A DNA stretch of 64,000 nt, from positions 15,657,873 to 15,721,872 of the forward strand of contig NC_083409.1 in the NCBI RefSeq assembly GCF_020745735.1, written 5' to 3'. Shown in pieces: positions 51,701 to 62,960 of this stretch. The DNA is from Hemiscyllium ocellatum (Eukaryota). The notes under the pieces were generated by a model, which was given only the letters and a program-made list of their open reading frames with translations, was not told the origin of the DNA and searched no databases. The position numbers were made by a program, and so were the translations under genes. Position 1 is the first letter of the stretch. Each line of letters opens with the position of its first letter.

Positions 51701-53437
51701 GATATGTACTGCCTGCAGGATTTTCCTGGTGCAAGCTACTTTGATGTGACCTTCAGAAGTGTGAAGCAGTGCGAGCAGCTCCTGAAGGTCTTCAAGGAGA
51801 AGGAGGGGGAGCCACTATTCTCCATCTTGTCGGCGATCCCATTGTGTGTGCTTCCTGCACAGCGGAGTCGGGTTGTTACAATCCATATGTACAACCCCTA
51901 TGTTCCAGCAGCTGATGTCCTGACCTTCCTGGGAAGGTAGATCCAAGTTGAGCGAGAAGCCACCGATGTGATTGACCCCTTTGGGATCCTTATTCCTGAT
52001 GAAGGGCTCATGCTCGAAACGTCGAATTCTCTGTTCCTGAGATGCTGCCTGGCCTGCTGTGCTTTGACCAGCAACACATTTGCAGCTGTGATCTCCAGCA
52101 TCTGCAGACCTCATTTTTTACCCTTTGGGATCTGGACTAGTAAGCGGCAGGTCAGGGTAACTCTGAGGGTCGATGGTAATGGGGAAATTCTCCACCCTCC
52201 CTCGAGCTTCGCAATTGGAGGGAGCAGAGGCTACCTGACATATGCAGGGCAGTCGAAAGTGTGCCGATCCTGTGGGAAGGCGGGACACATGGTGGCGGAT
52301 TGTAAGGTGACCATCTGCAGGAATTGCAAACAGGAGGCTCACCTGACTAAGGACTGTCAGGAAGCAAAGAGCTGCAACCTGTGCGGAGAGGCAGGCCACA
52401 TGTACAAGACCTGCCCAAGACGGGGGAGGCGGGGGCCCCACTTACGCACAGATGGCTGGAGGTAGCAATGTGAGTCGTGGATTCCCAAAGACCAGCAAGG
52501 TCCACCCAGACAGCAGGGAAACGGAGACTGGTGGTACCCAGAAGAAGAACAGGCTGGAGTGGAGGAGGCAGCAGCCAGTGGAGAGACACAGCAGCTGATC
52601 CTAGCTCGAGCTGGGCAGATGGAAGCAATGGAGGAGGAGGTAATTGAGAAGGCAGAGGAGTGGATACCTGTTAAAAACAGGAAGAGGAAATCCTGCCAGG
52701 CCCCCAAAGCCTCCCAGCAAAGGGGGAATAGACAGCTGCACGAGGGAGAGACGGCCAGCTCTTCGAATGGGGAAGACGAGCGCAAAGAAGGTCATCACCA
52801 CCAGAAGAAGAGACAAAGCGCCATAGATAAAGAGGAGGGCATTTCCTCCCAACCAGGAAACAACGGGCCCCTGAAGTCCACCCTCCACCCAGTGAGAACC
52901 AGGAGGTACCCACTGCCCAACAACTCCAGGTAACTGAAAGCTGTGATCCTCTGACAGAACTGGATGGTGCGGACCCTTGCCTTGGCTCAATGACACCAGA
53001 GCGGGTAAATGACCCCAGTGAGGAGCTGGATAGCTACCTCAGCCCAACGAAGGTCCAGCAGTTCGTGCTCACCAGGGGGATGCAGACAGCTACCCCAGAG
53101 ACAGGACAGTCAAATGGACAATGGTAATCCCATAAACTGGGGATTAAAGAAGGTTCCTTTGCTATCGTATAACAGGGCACCCACTCACTAGGTGGGTTCC
53201 GCTGAAGCCACAGCTAAATAATAAGAGACTGGTTGGTTAATAAACGGACTGTAAATATGATAACTGTAAATTCGATTAATTCAATCTGTTCTTTGTAATG
53301 TTAAGACATGCAATGTATATATCTATGAACAACATGACAGGTACCTAAGATTTATTGCAATGTATGAACGACATGACAAATTGTACAAGTACCAAAGATT
53401 TATTTTTATGAATAAAGTATATTTTGAAATAAAAAAA
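51701..53437 (+). mobile_element. Tx1-clade copy C: 3' part of ORF1 joined directly to a 3' UTR and poly(A), no ORF2
   Basis: ORF1 homology from gatatgtactgcctgcagg to about 53145 with all three CCHC knuckles. A Tx1-type 3' UTR then follows immediately, ending gaataaagtatattttgaaataaaaaaa. Confidence 0.8.
51989..52120 (+). mobile_element. 132-bp Penelope-derived element carrying a minimal hammerhead ribozyme motif (51992-52027)
   Basis: attc-CTGATGA-a-gggc-tcat-gctc-GAAAC-GTC-gaat. 12-bp duplication CCCTTTGGGATC at 51977-51988 and 52121-52132, interrupting Tx1 ORF1. Confidence 0.85.
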
Positions 53438-53598
53438 GCAACTACCTGCGAGCTTCGGACAGCACCTACAGTGTCAGCAGCCTGCTGACCCTCTCTGGGT
53501 CTGACTGAGAGTCCAACGCTCACTTCTCCTGTGCCCTCACCCACGTGACCCTCCCCTCTCCCCTCAGCAAGAGCATCAGGAGATCAGAATGTGTGTAG
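53438..53598 (+). pseudogene. IGKC: 3' half of a second kappa C exon, 5' half missing, with a nonsense mutation
   Basis: 159/161 nt identical to 23744-23904. TGG->TGA at 53506-53508. Begins directly after a Tx1 poly(A). 3' flank homology continues to about 54150. Confidence 0.95.
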
Positions 53599-55739
53599 AG
53601 TGTTTGAGACAGTCCACAGAGGAGACACAACTTTAAATAGAACAGGGCTGAGCTGGCAGGACAAAGGTCATTGTCAGCACTGAATTTCACCTCTCTTCCA
53701 TTTCAGGCCTGGCTCAGAGACACTTCTGAGGTTCAAGGGTTATGGCAGGTCATTGCGATCATCAAAAGGAAGCTTTACTCCGTATCAAACCCCATGCTGA
53801 CCCTGTTCTGGGAGTGTTTGACTGGGGCAGTGATGTCCTGTGATACCAAGTCAAACCTCTCAAAAATGCTGAAGACTGTCAGCTGTACAAAAATAATGTG
53901 AACTTCAGAAGTCTCTACTTCAGTAAACCAGATCTCCTTGCTGCTCAGCTGCCAGTTCCCATTTAAGATTTTGTCATTGTTTAAAGGGACAGGATTCTCA
54001 TGTTATTGAGAAAATCTCCACAAGTGTTTTCCTCAAGCTCCATTGTGGCTGTGAATTTGAGCGGCTTCCTCTGTCTGGGCTGTTAATTGCTGACTGTTTT
54101 CTGTTGTTGTCAATCTGGAAAAGGGAATAAAGATGAAGAAGATTCAGTCTCTGTCTCTGTGTGCTTTGGGAATGGCCCGAGCTGAAGCCTCGGGAAAGGG
54201 TGTGTGAAGCGTCAACCTCCAACTTCAAGACCTGGAGAAAGAGGGGGAGCATCGAGGGGGCAATGGGGTCCCCGGAGGAGGAGGGCAATGCTACCATTGT
54301 GTCCAGAAGGGGCACTTTCAGCAGGAATGCAGGGTATCAAGGAAATCTTTCCCAATAAATGGAGGAAAGAAGGAAGGCAGGAGGGGACAATGGGGAACAC
54401 AATAATCTGATGGAAATTCCCCATCGATGCTTGCCCATCCCTTAGGCACAGCAAGATCCCAAACCAAGAAATTCAAATCAACTGTTTGGGAGCCAGAGCC
54501 ACTGGGAACCCTGTATTGATGAATATGACCGACAGGATCTTGTTACTCAGAATCACAATTCCACAGGGTTCGGGAAATAAATATTCCATAAATTAAACCT
54601 GGGTTTTCTTTCCTCCTCCAATGAGATGGAATTGCCCCGTGTGTCCCTGGAGTCAGATTGAGAATGTTCAGTCTGGGAGTCACAGCTGGGGAGGGAAATC
54701 AATGATAAACTGGTTCCACTTTCTGCTGTCATATTCTGTAGCCCCTGGGACATCTCAGTGAGGATCATCCAGGGCTCAGGGTGGATTCCAGAGCAGCTCA
54801 TTGTCCTGACTGTTGTGTTCCTCAGTTCACACGTGGCTCCAGCAATCTCACTCCATGGCTCTAGTATCAATGGGAACCCATGGGGCTGAAATCTTATCCA
54901 AACAGACCCTCACACAGCAGGGACGCTGCTGGGGGCTCAGAAACCCCTTGGATTCAGTCCCAGATTCCACGGTGGCTCTTTCATTCAGACACAGCATTAG
55001 CACACTGACACCACATTCAGAGGGCAATCCTGAATGGGGGCAAGTTTGGTTCTTGATTTCATGTGGGGAAATGGGGGGTGGGTGTGAAATGTCCTCCCTG
55101 AAACTGTGGGGTGTGGGGGGAGGAGGGGGGGATACTTTATAATGAATAGAAACTGATGTCAGAATAAAGATTGGTTTTGATGGGAGTGAGGAATATCTCA
55201 GTGATCTGTCTCCAGAATCCACAGACTATACACATCCTTCTGTCAGTCACTGAAGTCTGAGAGAGCAGCTTCTCAACATCCAATAATTCTCCACCTTTCC
55301 GAGAAAAGGTGAAATATTCTCTGCCTCAGACATTCCCTGGGACAGGACATTTTCGAAATGTTGTTGCTCTCTGCTTTGCAATTGCTAAACTGGTAATAAT
55401 TACTTTTTGCTCACAATTTGCTCTCTCGAGTTTGATCCATTTGCCTTTCTTGCTTTGCTTCTTTTGACTTCATTCTGTGGGTAAGTTCCATCAAAACCCA
55501 ACTTCCTCACACTCATCCTGGCCCCTGAAATGATTAGAGACAAAAAAAATCCTGCAAACTCTGGAATTCAAGGTTGACAAGCAGGAGGCTGGGAGAACAC
55601 AGCAAGCCAGGCAACATCAGGAGGTGGAGAAGTCAATGTTTTGACTGTAACCCTTCTTCAGGACTGGGGAGGGTGTTGGGGGAGCTGCAGATAAAGGAGG
55701 TGGGAGAGATGAATCCTGATGCATCTCTCCCATCGACGA

Positions 55740-55920
55740 ATAAGAGACTGGATGGTTAATAAAGGGAACTGTAAATACGATAACTGTAAATTCGATTAAC
55801 TCAATCTGTTCTTCGTAATGTTAAGACATGCAATGTATATATCTATGAACGACATGACAAATTGTACAGGTACCAAAGATTTATTTCTATGAATAAAGTA
55901 TATTTTGAAATTTAAAAAAA
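55740..55920 (+). mobile_element. 5'-truncated Tx1 3' UTR and poly(A), same subfamily as copy C
   Basis: Near-identical to 53222-53437, apart from a short internal duplication in the latter. Confidence 0.85.
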
Positions 55921-55924
55921 ATTC

Positions 55925-57060
55925 GATGTTCAGGTGCATAAATCCCTGAAGGTTGCCACCCAGGTTGATAGGATTGTCAAGAAGGGACATGGTGGGCTGG
56001 TGTTTATTGACAGGGGGATTATGTTTTGGAGCCACAATATCATGTTTCAGCTGTACAAGACATTGGTCAGTCCACACCTGGAGTATTGCATACAGTTCTG
56101 GTCATCACATGAGAGGAAGGATGTGGAAGGTTTGGAAAAAGTTCAGAGGAGGTTTGCAAGGATGTTGCGTGGTATGGAGGGAAGGTCTTACGAGGAAAGT
56201 CTGAGGGAACTGAGGCTGTTTTCATTGGAGAGATGAAGGCTGATTTTCCCCTTACCAAAACGCAAAGCTTTATATTTATCTAAATAAACCCCATCTCTCA
56301 CTCCTCGTCCATTGGTCATCTGATCAAGCGTTGAACATATATTATAAACCTGAGCATCTATAAGGCATTTCTCTGACCACACCTGGGGGAATTGTCTCTC
56401 CCTATTTGAGGAAGGATGTGGTGACACTGGAGGCTGTTCAGCGTATGTTCCCCAGACTGATTCCAGGTATGAAAGGGCTGTCCTACGAGGAGTAGGTAAA
56501 GAGCTTGGGTAAAAAATGAGGTCTGCAGATGCTGGAGATCACAGCTGAAAATGTGATGAAGGGCTTATGCCCGAAACGTCGAATTTTCTATTCCTTGGAT
56601 GCTGCCTAACCTGCTGTGCTTGAACCAGGTAAAGAGCTTGGGCTTGTACTCACTGGAGTTCAAAAGAAGGAGGAGGGATCTGATTGAGGGAGAGAAAATG
56701 TGAAAGGAGATTGATAAGGTGGACGTTGAATCGATGCTCCCCTTTCTGGGACAGTCTCGAACAAGAGGTCATCAATATAGAGTGAGAGGAGCTGGGTTCA
56801 AATCTAAGATAAGGAGAAACTACATCTCCCAGAGGGTTGTGAATCTGTGGAACTCAATGCTCCAGATTGCAGTGGAGGCAGAATCAATCAACAGGTTCAA
56901 GAACGATGTGTTTCTGATGAAAAGTGAGATAAAGAGCGATGGGGAGCAGACCAGGAGAGAGGAGCTGAGACCAGGATAAGATCAGACATGGTCATGTTAA
57001 ATGGCAGAGCGGGCTCGAAGGGCTGAATTGCCTCCTCCCGCTCCTAATTCCGATGTTGAA
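55925..57060 (+). mobile_element. CR1 LINE 3' fragments
   Basis: LYKTLVSPHLEYCIQFWSS, TRGHQYRVRG and SQRVVNLWN motifs. Confidence 0.8.
56510..56626 (+). mobile_element. 117-bp Penelope-derived hammerhead element with an inverted 5' segment
   Basis: tgatgaa-gggc-ttat-gccc-gaaacgtcga core. 16-bp duplication AGGTAAAGAGCTTGGG at 56494-56509 and 56627-56642. Confidence 0.8.
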
Positions 57061-57986
57061 CACACAGTCAAGGCTGACACTGAAAAACTGAAGGAGCTGT
57101 TGTCTTTCAGGTGAGATACAAAACAGAGGCCCTGCCACAATATATCGGACTGCACTATCTCCCTCAGTGACAAGTGTTGGAATTTGAATTCAAATCACAA
57201 AGCAAGCCTCATTAATGGTGACCACGATAATGATCCCTGATTGCTGTCCAGCCTCAGCCTTACCCAGTCTGGACTTCATGGGACTCCAGCCCCTTCTGAG
57301 AGGCCACAGCAAGGCCAACAGTTCAAGGGCAATTAGTCTTGGGTAACAAATTCTGATCTATACCAATGACACCCACCTCGCAGAAAACAGAATGCAACAG
57401 AGATTGGTGTCAGCCACAATTGTCAGATCAGACTCCCAATGAGATGGGGAGATGGTTACAAATGAATTCAGCTCAGAATGGAACAAGTCCCCACTTGTTA
57501 ACACATCATCGCTGGCAAAATAAGTGAGAGAAAACAGAAAACTGAAGGCGAGAACACTCGAATGTGAGAATATCATCGAGAATTCAGGCAACTGAAGGAA
57601 GATATGAAGAACTGCAAAGGAAGACAAAAAGGAAGCAAGAGTTACAGAAAGTGATGGAGAAAGAGACCTGCAAGGGGTCACAAGAATTACACAAATGTTT
57701 TACATGAAAATTAGAAAATCATGGGGCTCCGGTGCAATGTGAGCCCTTTAAAAACAAACTGGGAATTCCATAAATAAGACTAAGAAAATGGCTGATATGT
57801 ACAATAATTCGTTGTGTCAGTCTTCACAGTCAAGGAACGGGATAATGCAGCTCCCATTCCAGGGAGGTTAATAATGAATTGAAGACTGGAATTTGCAAAA
57901 CTTGATACATGCCAGAAAACAGCATTGGAAAGCGAGCAGCTCTAAAGGCTGACAGATCTGCAGGGCCTTAGGGGTTTAAAGGAAGT

Positions 57987-58012
57987 GGGGGGGGGGGGGG
58001 GGGGGGGGGGGG
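57987..58012 (+). repeat. Poly-G run (26 nt)
   Basis: Direct count. The length may be an assembly artefact. Confidence 0.85.
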
Positions 58013-58669
58013 TAATAAGTTTCAGAGGCTTTTCCCATCAGGTTCCAAAGAAGCAACCATTCCTTTATTTTGGAAAATATCCTGCTGTAACTGCACGGGT
58101 TCAGGAAAGATTAGAGAGGGAACCGAGGAAATTATATCCTGGTCAATCTAACATCTCTTTTGAGGGTTCCATTGGAATCTATAATTAACAGCCGAGAGAA
58201 TGAACATATAGAGAATTGGAAATAGCCCACATAGATTTGTGGCGGGTAGGTTCTGACGAACAAACCAAATGCATTAAATAAAAGAGTTGATAGGACTTAT
58301 AGAGTTATTAACTTTCAGAAGTACTTGATAATTTCCACAAAACAGGATGCTGACTAATATTAAAACCCATGGGATTGAAGATGAATGTTTGACTTGGTTC
58401 AGAGGCTGGTTTAGTGACAGACAACAGAGGAAGAAAGTGATGAGTGGTGTTCCACAAGGATTCTGTGGTGAGGCCTTAACTACTTACTATATGTATTAAT
58501 GAGGATCATAGTTCCACATTGACACAAAGACTATTGGAATAGTAAGTGGTGAAGATGGTGTTTTTGCTTAACATTCACTCTGAGGACATGGGTGCTGCTG
58601 TCTGGGCCAGCATTTATTGCACATACCTAGTTGCCCTTGAAAATCATAGAATCATCATATGGTGTGGAA

Positions 58670-60390
58670 GCAGGCCATTCAGCCCATCAACTTCACACCA
58701 ATCCACCAAAGAGCATCCCATCTCGATCAGCCCCATCCCTATAATGCTGCATTTCCCATGGCTATTCCACCCTGCCTGCACATTCCTGGACACGACATGA
58801 ATTTAGCATGGCTGATCCACCTAACCTACACATCTATGGATTGTGTGGAGGAAACTCACTCAGACATGGGGAAAATGTGCAAACTCCACACAGACAGTTG
58901 TCCCAGCGTGGATTTGACCCAGGTCCCTGGCGCTGTGAGGGAGCAGCATTAACCACTGACCCACAATGCTGCCCTTTGCAAGGTGGTGGTGGTGAGCTGC
59001 CTTCTTGAACTGCTGCAGTCCATGTGCTGTAGATAAACCCACAATCCCCTAAGGGAGGGAAGTCCAGGATTTTGACCCAGCGACCCTGAAGGAACAGTAA
59101 TATATTTTCAAATCAGGATGCTATGTAGATTAGAGTGGAACTTGTAGTTAGTGGTGTTCTGTGTACCTGCTGCCCTTGTCCTTCTAGATGAAAATGGTCG
59201 TAGGTTTGGAAGGTGCTGTCTCAGGAGATTGGTGAATTCCTGCAGTGCATCTTGTCGATGGTGCACACGGCTGCTACTGAGCATCAGTGGTGGAGGGAGT
59301 GAATGTTTGTAGATGTGGTGCCAATCAAGCAGGCTGCTTTGTACTGGATGATATCAAGCTTCTTGACTGTTTTTGGAGCTGCGCCCATCCAGGCATGTGG
59401 GGAGTAACCCATCACACTCCTAGCCAAAGCTTGACTCATCTTTTTTTAATTCATTTACAGGATTGGGCATCACATGGTATGTCAACATTTTTTGCCCAGA
59501 ATCAAGTGGGGTGGCACAGAGACTCGCACTGGCAGGGACCTGAGTTTGATTCCACCCTCGGGCAGCTGATTTTGTGATGTTTACACATTCTTCCCTGTGT
59601 CTGCCTGGATTCCCTCCAGGTGATCTGGTTTCCTCCCACAGTCCAAAAATGCATGGGATCGTTGGAATGGCCATGGGAAATGCAAGGTTATAGGGGAGTG
59701 GGTCTGGGTGGGATGCTCTTTGGAGAGGCGGTATGGGCTGAATGGCCTGTTTCCATTGTAGGGATTCTATTGATTTCTTCACTCAGAGGAATCTTTGGAA
59801 TACTCATCTCCAGATACTTAGTCAATACTTAGTAATTTGAATAAATTCAAGATAGAGATCACCCACATATGGGGAGGCAATGGCCTAGTGGTATCATCAC
59901 GAGATTGTTAATCCAGCGAGCCAAGTCATGTTCTGGGGCACCTGGGTTCAAATCCTGGCAAAGGCACGGAGTGGAATTTAAATTTAAAAATCTCAAATTA
60001 AGAGTCTAATGATGACAATTGTTTGGGGAAAATCCCATCGAACCCACTAAAGTACTTTAGACTGCTGCCCTGGTGTCATACTAACTGACATATCACTGCA
60101 GACCACAGCAATGATGAATCGTCAAATCCCTACTGTGTGGAAGAAGGACATTCAGCCCATCAAGGCAAAGCAGCATCTCACCCACAGCCACTTCCCTCTT
60201 TGATCCCTGGAGCATTACATGGCTGATCCACCTAGCCTGCACACCTTTGGAACTGAGAGAGAGGAACCCCCCACAGACATGGGGAGAACATGCAAACTCC
60301 ACACAGACAGTTGCCTGAGGGTGGAATCGAACCCAGGTCCCTGGTGTTGTCAGGCAGTGGTGCTAGCTACTGTGACACCCATTCCACATC
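58670..60390. mobile_element. Cluster of V-SINEs (about 58670-58980 minus, 59500-59780 plus, 60130-60390 minus) among other repeat fragments
   Basis: Each shows the V-SINE core (gtgtggagtttgca... or its reverse complement) and the CR1-like tail. Confidence 0.7.
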
Positions 60391-60671
60391 GGCGATCAAA
60401 ACGTCTAACTCCTTATTCCCAGACTGGGACTCTGCTTTAGAATTCCCAAGTAGGGGCAGATCCTCCCAAAACCTACCCTGTCAGGCCCCTGGAGAATTTG
60501 AAATGTTTCAGTGAAATCTCCTCCCAACCTTCTAAATTCCAGGGATGAGATCTGCAATCTCCTCCTGGCTTTCCAGAGAATCTGAGGATAAATCGTATTC
60601 CTCACCCAGTCCCCTCTCTCGATCATGAGACAATCCTCTCAGCCCTTCACATGAACTGTTGCTGGGTTTGA

Positions 60672-60911
60672 TCATCTCAGCAAGAGTTTCAAGGAGGGAA
60701 GGAGAAAGAAAGACTCATTCTGCTTTGAATCAATGCTAAAACTTGAAAAAGCAGGAAAATATTGCCACCAACTATTGTTCACATTCTCTTTGTATTCATC
60801 AAAGTGCTGGATGAGGTTTCTTATGAATTTCAGGAGGTCACCGGTGGTGTCCTTGTATTCTTTATTCTTGCCTTGTCTCTTGTTCATGTCATTTAGGAGA
60901 ACAGAGTCAAC
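60672..60911 (-). pseudogene. RNASEL: RNase L-like KEN (ribonuclease) domain coding fragment
   Basis: [39 protein letters not shown] matches my recollection of mammalian RNase L ([40 protein letters not shown]) better than IRE1 (SVRDLLRAMRNK). The expected acceptor reads ttccttctcg, with no AG. Confidence 0.7.
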
Positions 60912-62149
60912 CGAGAAGGAAATGAACAACAGAGTTTGTTTTCTCTGTTGATTGAATACACCTTGCTTGCTCCTCTGATCACCTGAAGAAGGGGTGAGGC
61001 TTATGTCCTATAATAAACCTGTTGGACTATAATCTAGTTTCGTTTGATTTTTGACCTTGGGGATTCCTGGATACAAGGTGTTCAGTAAAGATAGGAAAGA
61101 GAGAAAATTGCGAGAAGTGGTGGGATTGTTCTGGAGCCAGACAGTGCTGACCAACGTTAGGCCCTGAGATATGATGGAGATGAAGGGTGAACTGTGCCGG
61201 GCTTTAACTCACTGTTACCAGAGTAAAACAGGGATTACCAATTTCACAAGAGAGTAAATGGAACTAACAAACCAGGGGCGTGTGAAACACCCATCCTGTC
61301 CCTGAGAGAGGGGGGACAAGAATAGGGACATTCTCAGACAGAAAGAATGCTAAAAATGGTATTAACCCGAGAGTGAAGGGTGGGGTGGAGACAGTGACAG
61401 CGACACCCCCCAGAGAGTGGGGAAAGCAACACTGACACATTTAAAACTGTATTATCACAAGTGAGAATTCAAACAGCCACCCACTCCATCATATGGTGTT
61501 GAAGATGCACTATCCTCATCAAAACATGTTTGCAAACCTCTTCACAACACGTAAGGGGAGAGAAACATTGAAAACTGTATTATCACGAGTGAGGGTCCAT
61601 TTAAAACTTGGTCCATGATGTTAAATGTTCCCAGCCGTAAACAACACTGGTGTATTGATGTCATTATCTTATTGAACAATATTAAAACCTCGGTCAAACA
61701 TTTTCCTGCAGACAGTGTATTTAAAATATCAAGAGGCTTTCCGCATTGTTGGTTTGATCAGTGACGTAGCAAGGAAGCAGCACTGCCCCATGAACTCCAA
61801 CAAAAGAATGAGCACAGCCTCTTCATACAGAGCTGGCTCCCGAGAATCCAATTCAACAGCAGGGACCAAAGAACAAGGAACAATACAGCACAGGAACAGG
61901 CCCTTCGCCCTAAAAGCTGGTGCTGACACATTTTGCCCTTCCTCACTGAAACTGTCTTCACCTACAGGATTCGTATCCCTCTATTCCCTTCCTATTCATG
62001 CATTAGTGCAGGTATTTTTTGAATACTTCTATTGTGTCTGCTTCCACCCCCTCCTCTGGCAGTGTGTTCCAGGTACTCAACTCCCTTTGTGTAAAATACT
62101 AGCCTCGCACATCTCTTTTAAATTCCCCTCTCCCCCGCACCTTGAACCT

Positions 62150-62960
62150 CTGTCCCCGAGTAAGTGATCCCTCCATCCTGGGAAAAAGCCTCATATATTC
62201 CATTATACCTATGCCATTCAAAACTTAATAAACTTCTTTGAGGTCACACCTCATTTTCTCTCATTCTGGTGAAAACAAACCCAGTCTATTCAACCTTTCT
62301 TCAGAACTAAAATCCCCCATACCACACAAAATCTATGTAAACATTTTCTGCACCATCTTCAAAACATCCACCTCCTTCTGATGGTGTGGTGACCAGAACT
62401 GTATGCAATATTCCAAGTGTGGCCGAACTAATGTTCGATAAAGCTGCAGCATAACTTGTCTATCCTTACACTCAATGCCCTTCCAATGAAGGCAAGCAGG
62501 CCATAAGCCTTTTTTCTGCCTTACCTCCCTGTGCTGGCACCTTCAGTGATCTGTGAACATACACACCCAGATCCCTCTGCATATCAATACCCCAAAGGAT
62601 TCTGCCATTCACTGTATAATTCCCACCTGTACATCACCTTTCAAAATGCATCACCTCACATTTGTCTGGATGAAACTACATCTGCCATTTTTCTGTCCAT
62701 GCATCCAATTGATCTATATCCTGCTGTATCCTCTGACAATCCTTCTCATTCCCTGTAATTCTACCAATCTTTGTATCAACGGTAAACATTTAAGTAGACC
62801 AGCTACACTTTCCTCTAAGTCATTTATGTAGACCACGTACAGCAGAGTTCCCACCACTGCTCCCTGTGGGACACTAGGAATCACAGCCCTCCATTCCAAA
62901 AACCATCCCCCCCATCACTGCCCTCTGTCTCCTCTGACTCAGCCAGTTCTATATCCAATG
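62150..62960 (-). mobile_element. CR1 LINE RT fragment
   Basis: SVPQGAVVGTLLYVVYINDL (QGSVLGP-type motif) and downstream CR1 motifs. Confidence 0.75.

Noticed and set aside
57987-58012. Poly-G run as a G-quadruplex regulatory element
   Set aside because: It lies within LINE debris and homopolymer length is unreliable in assemblies.
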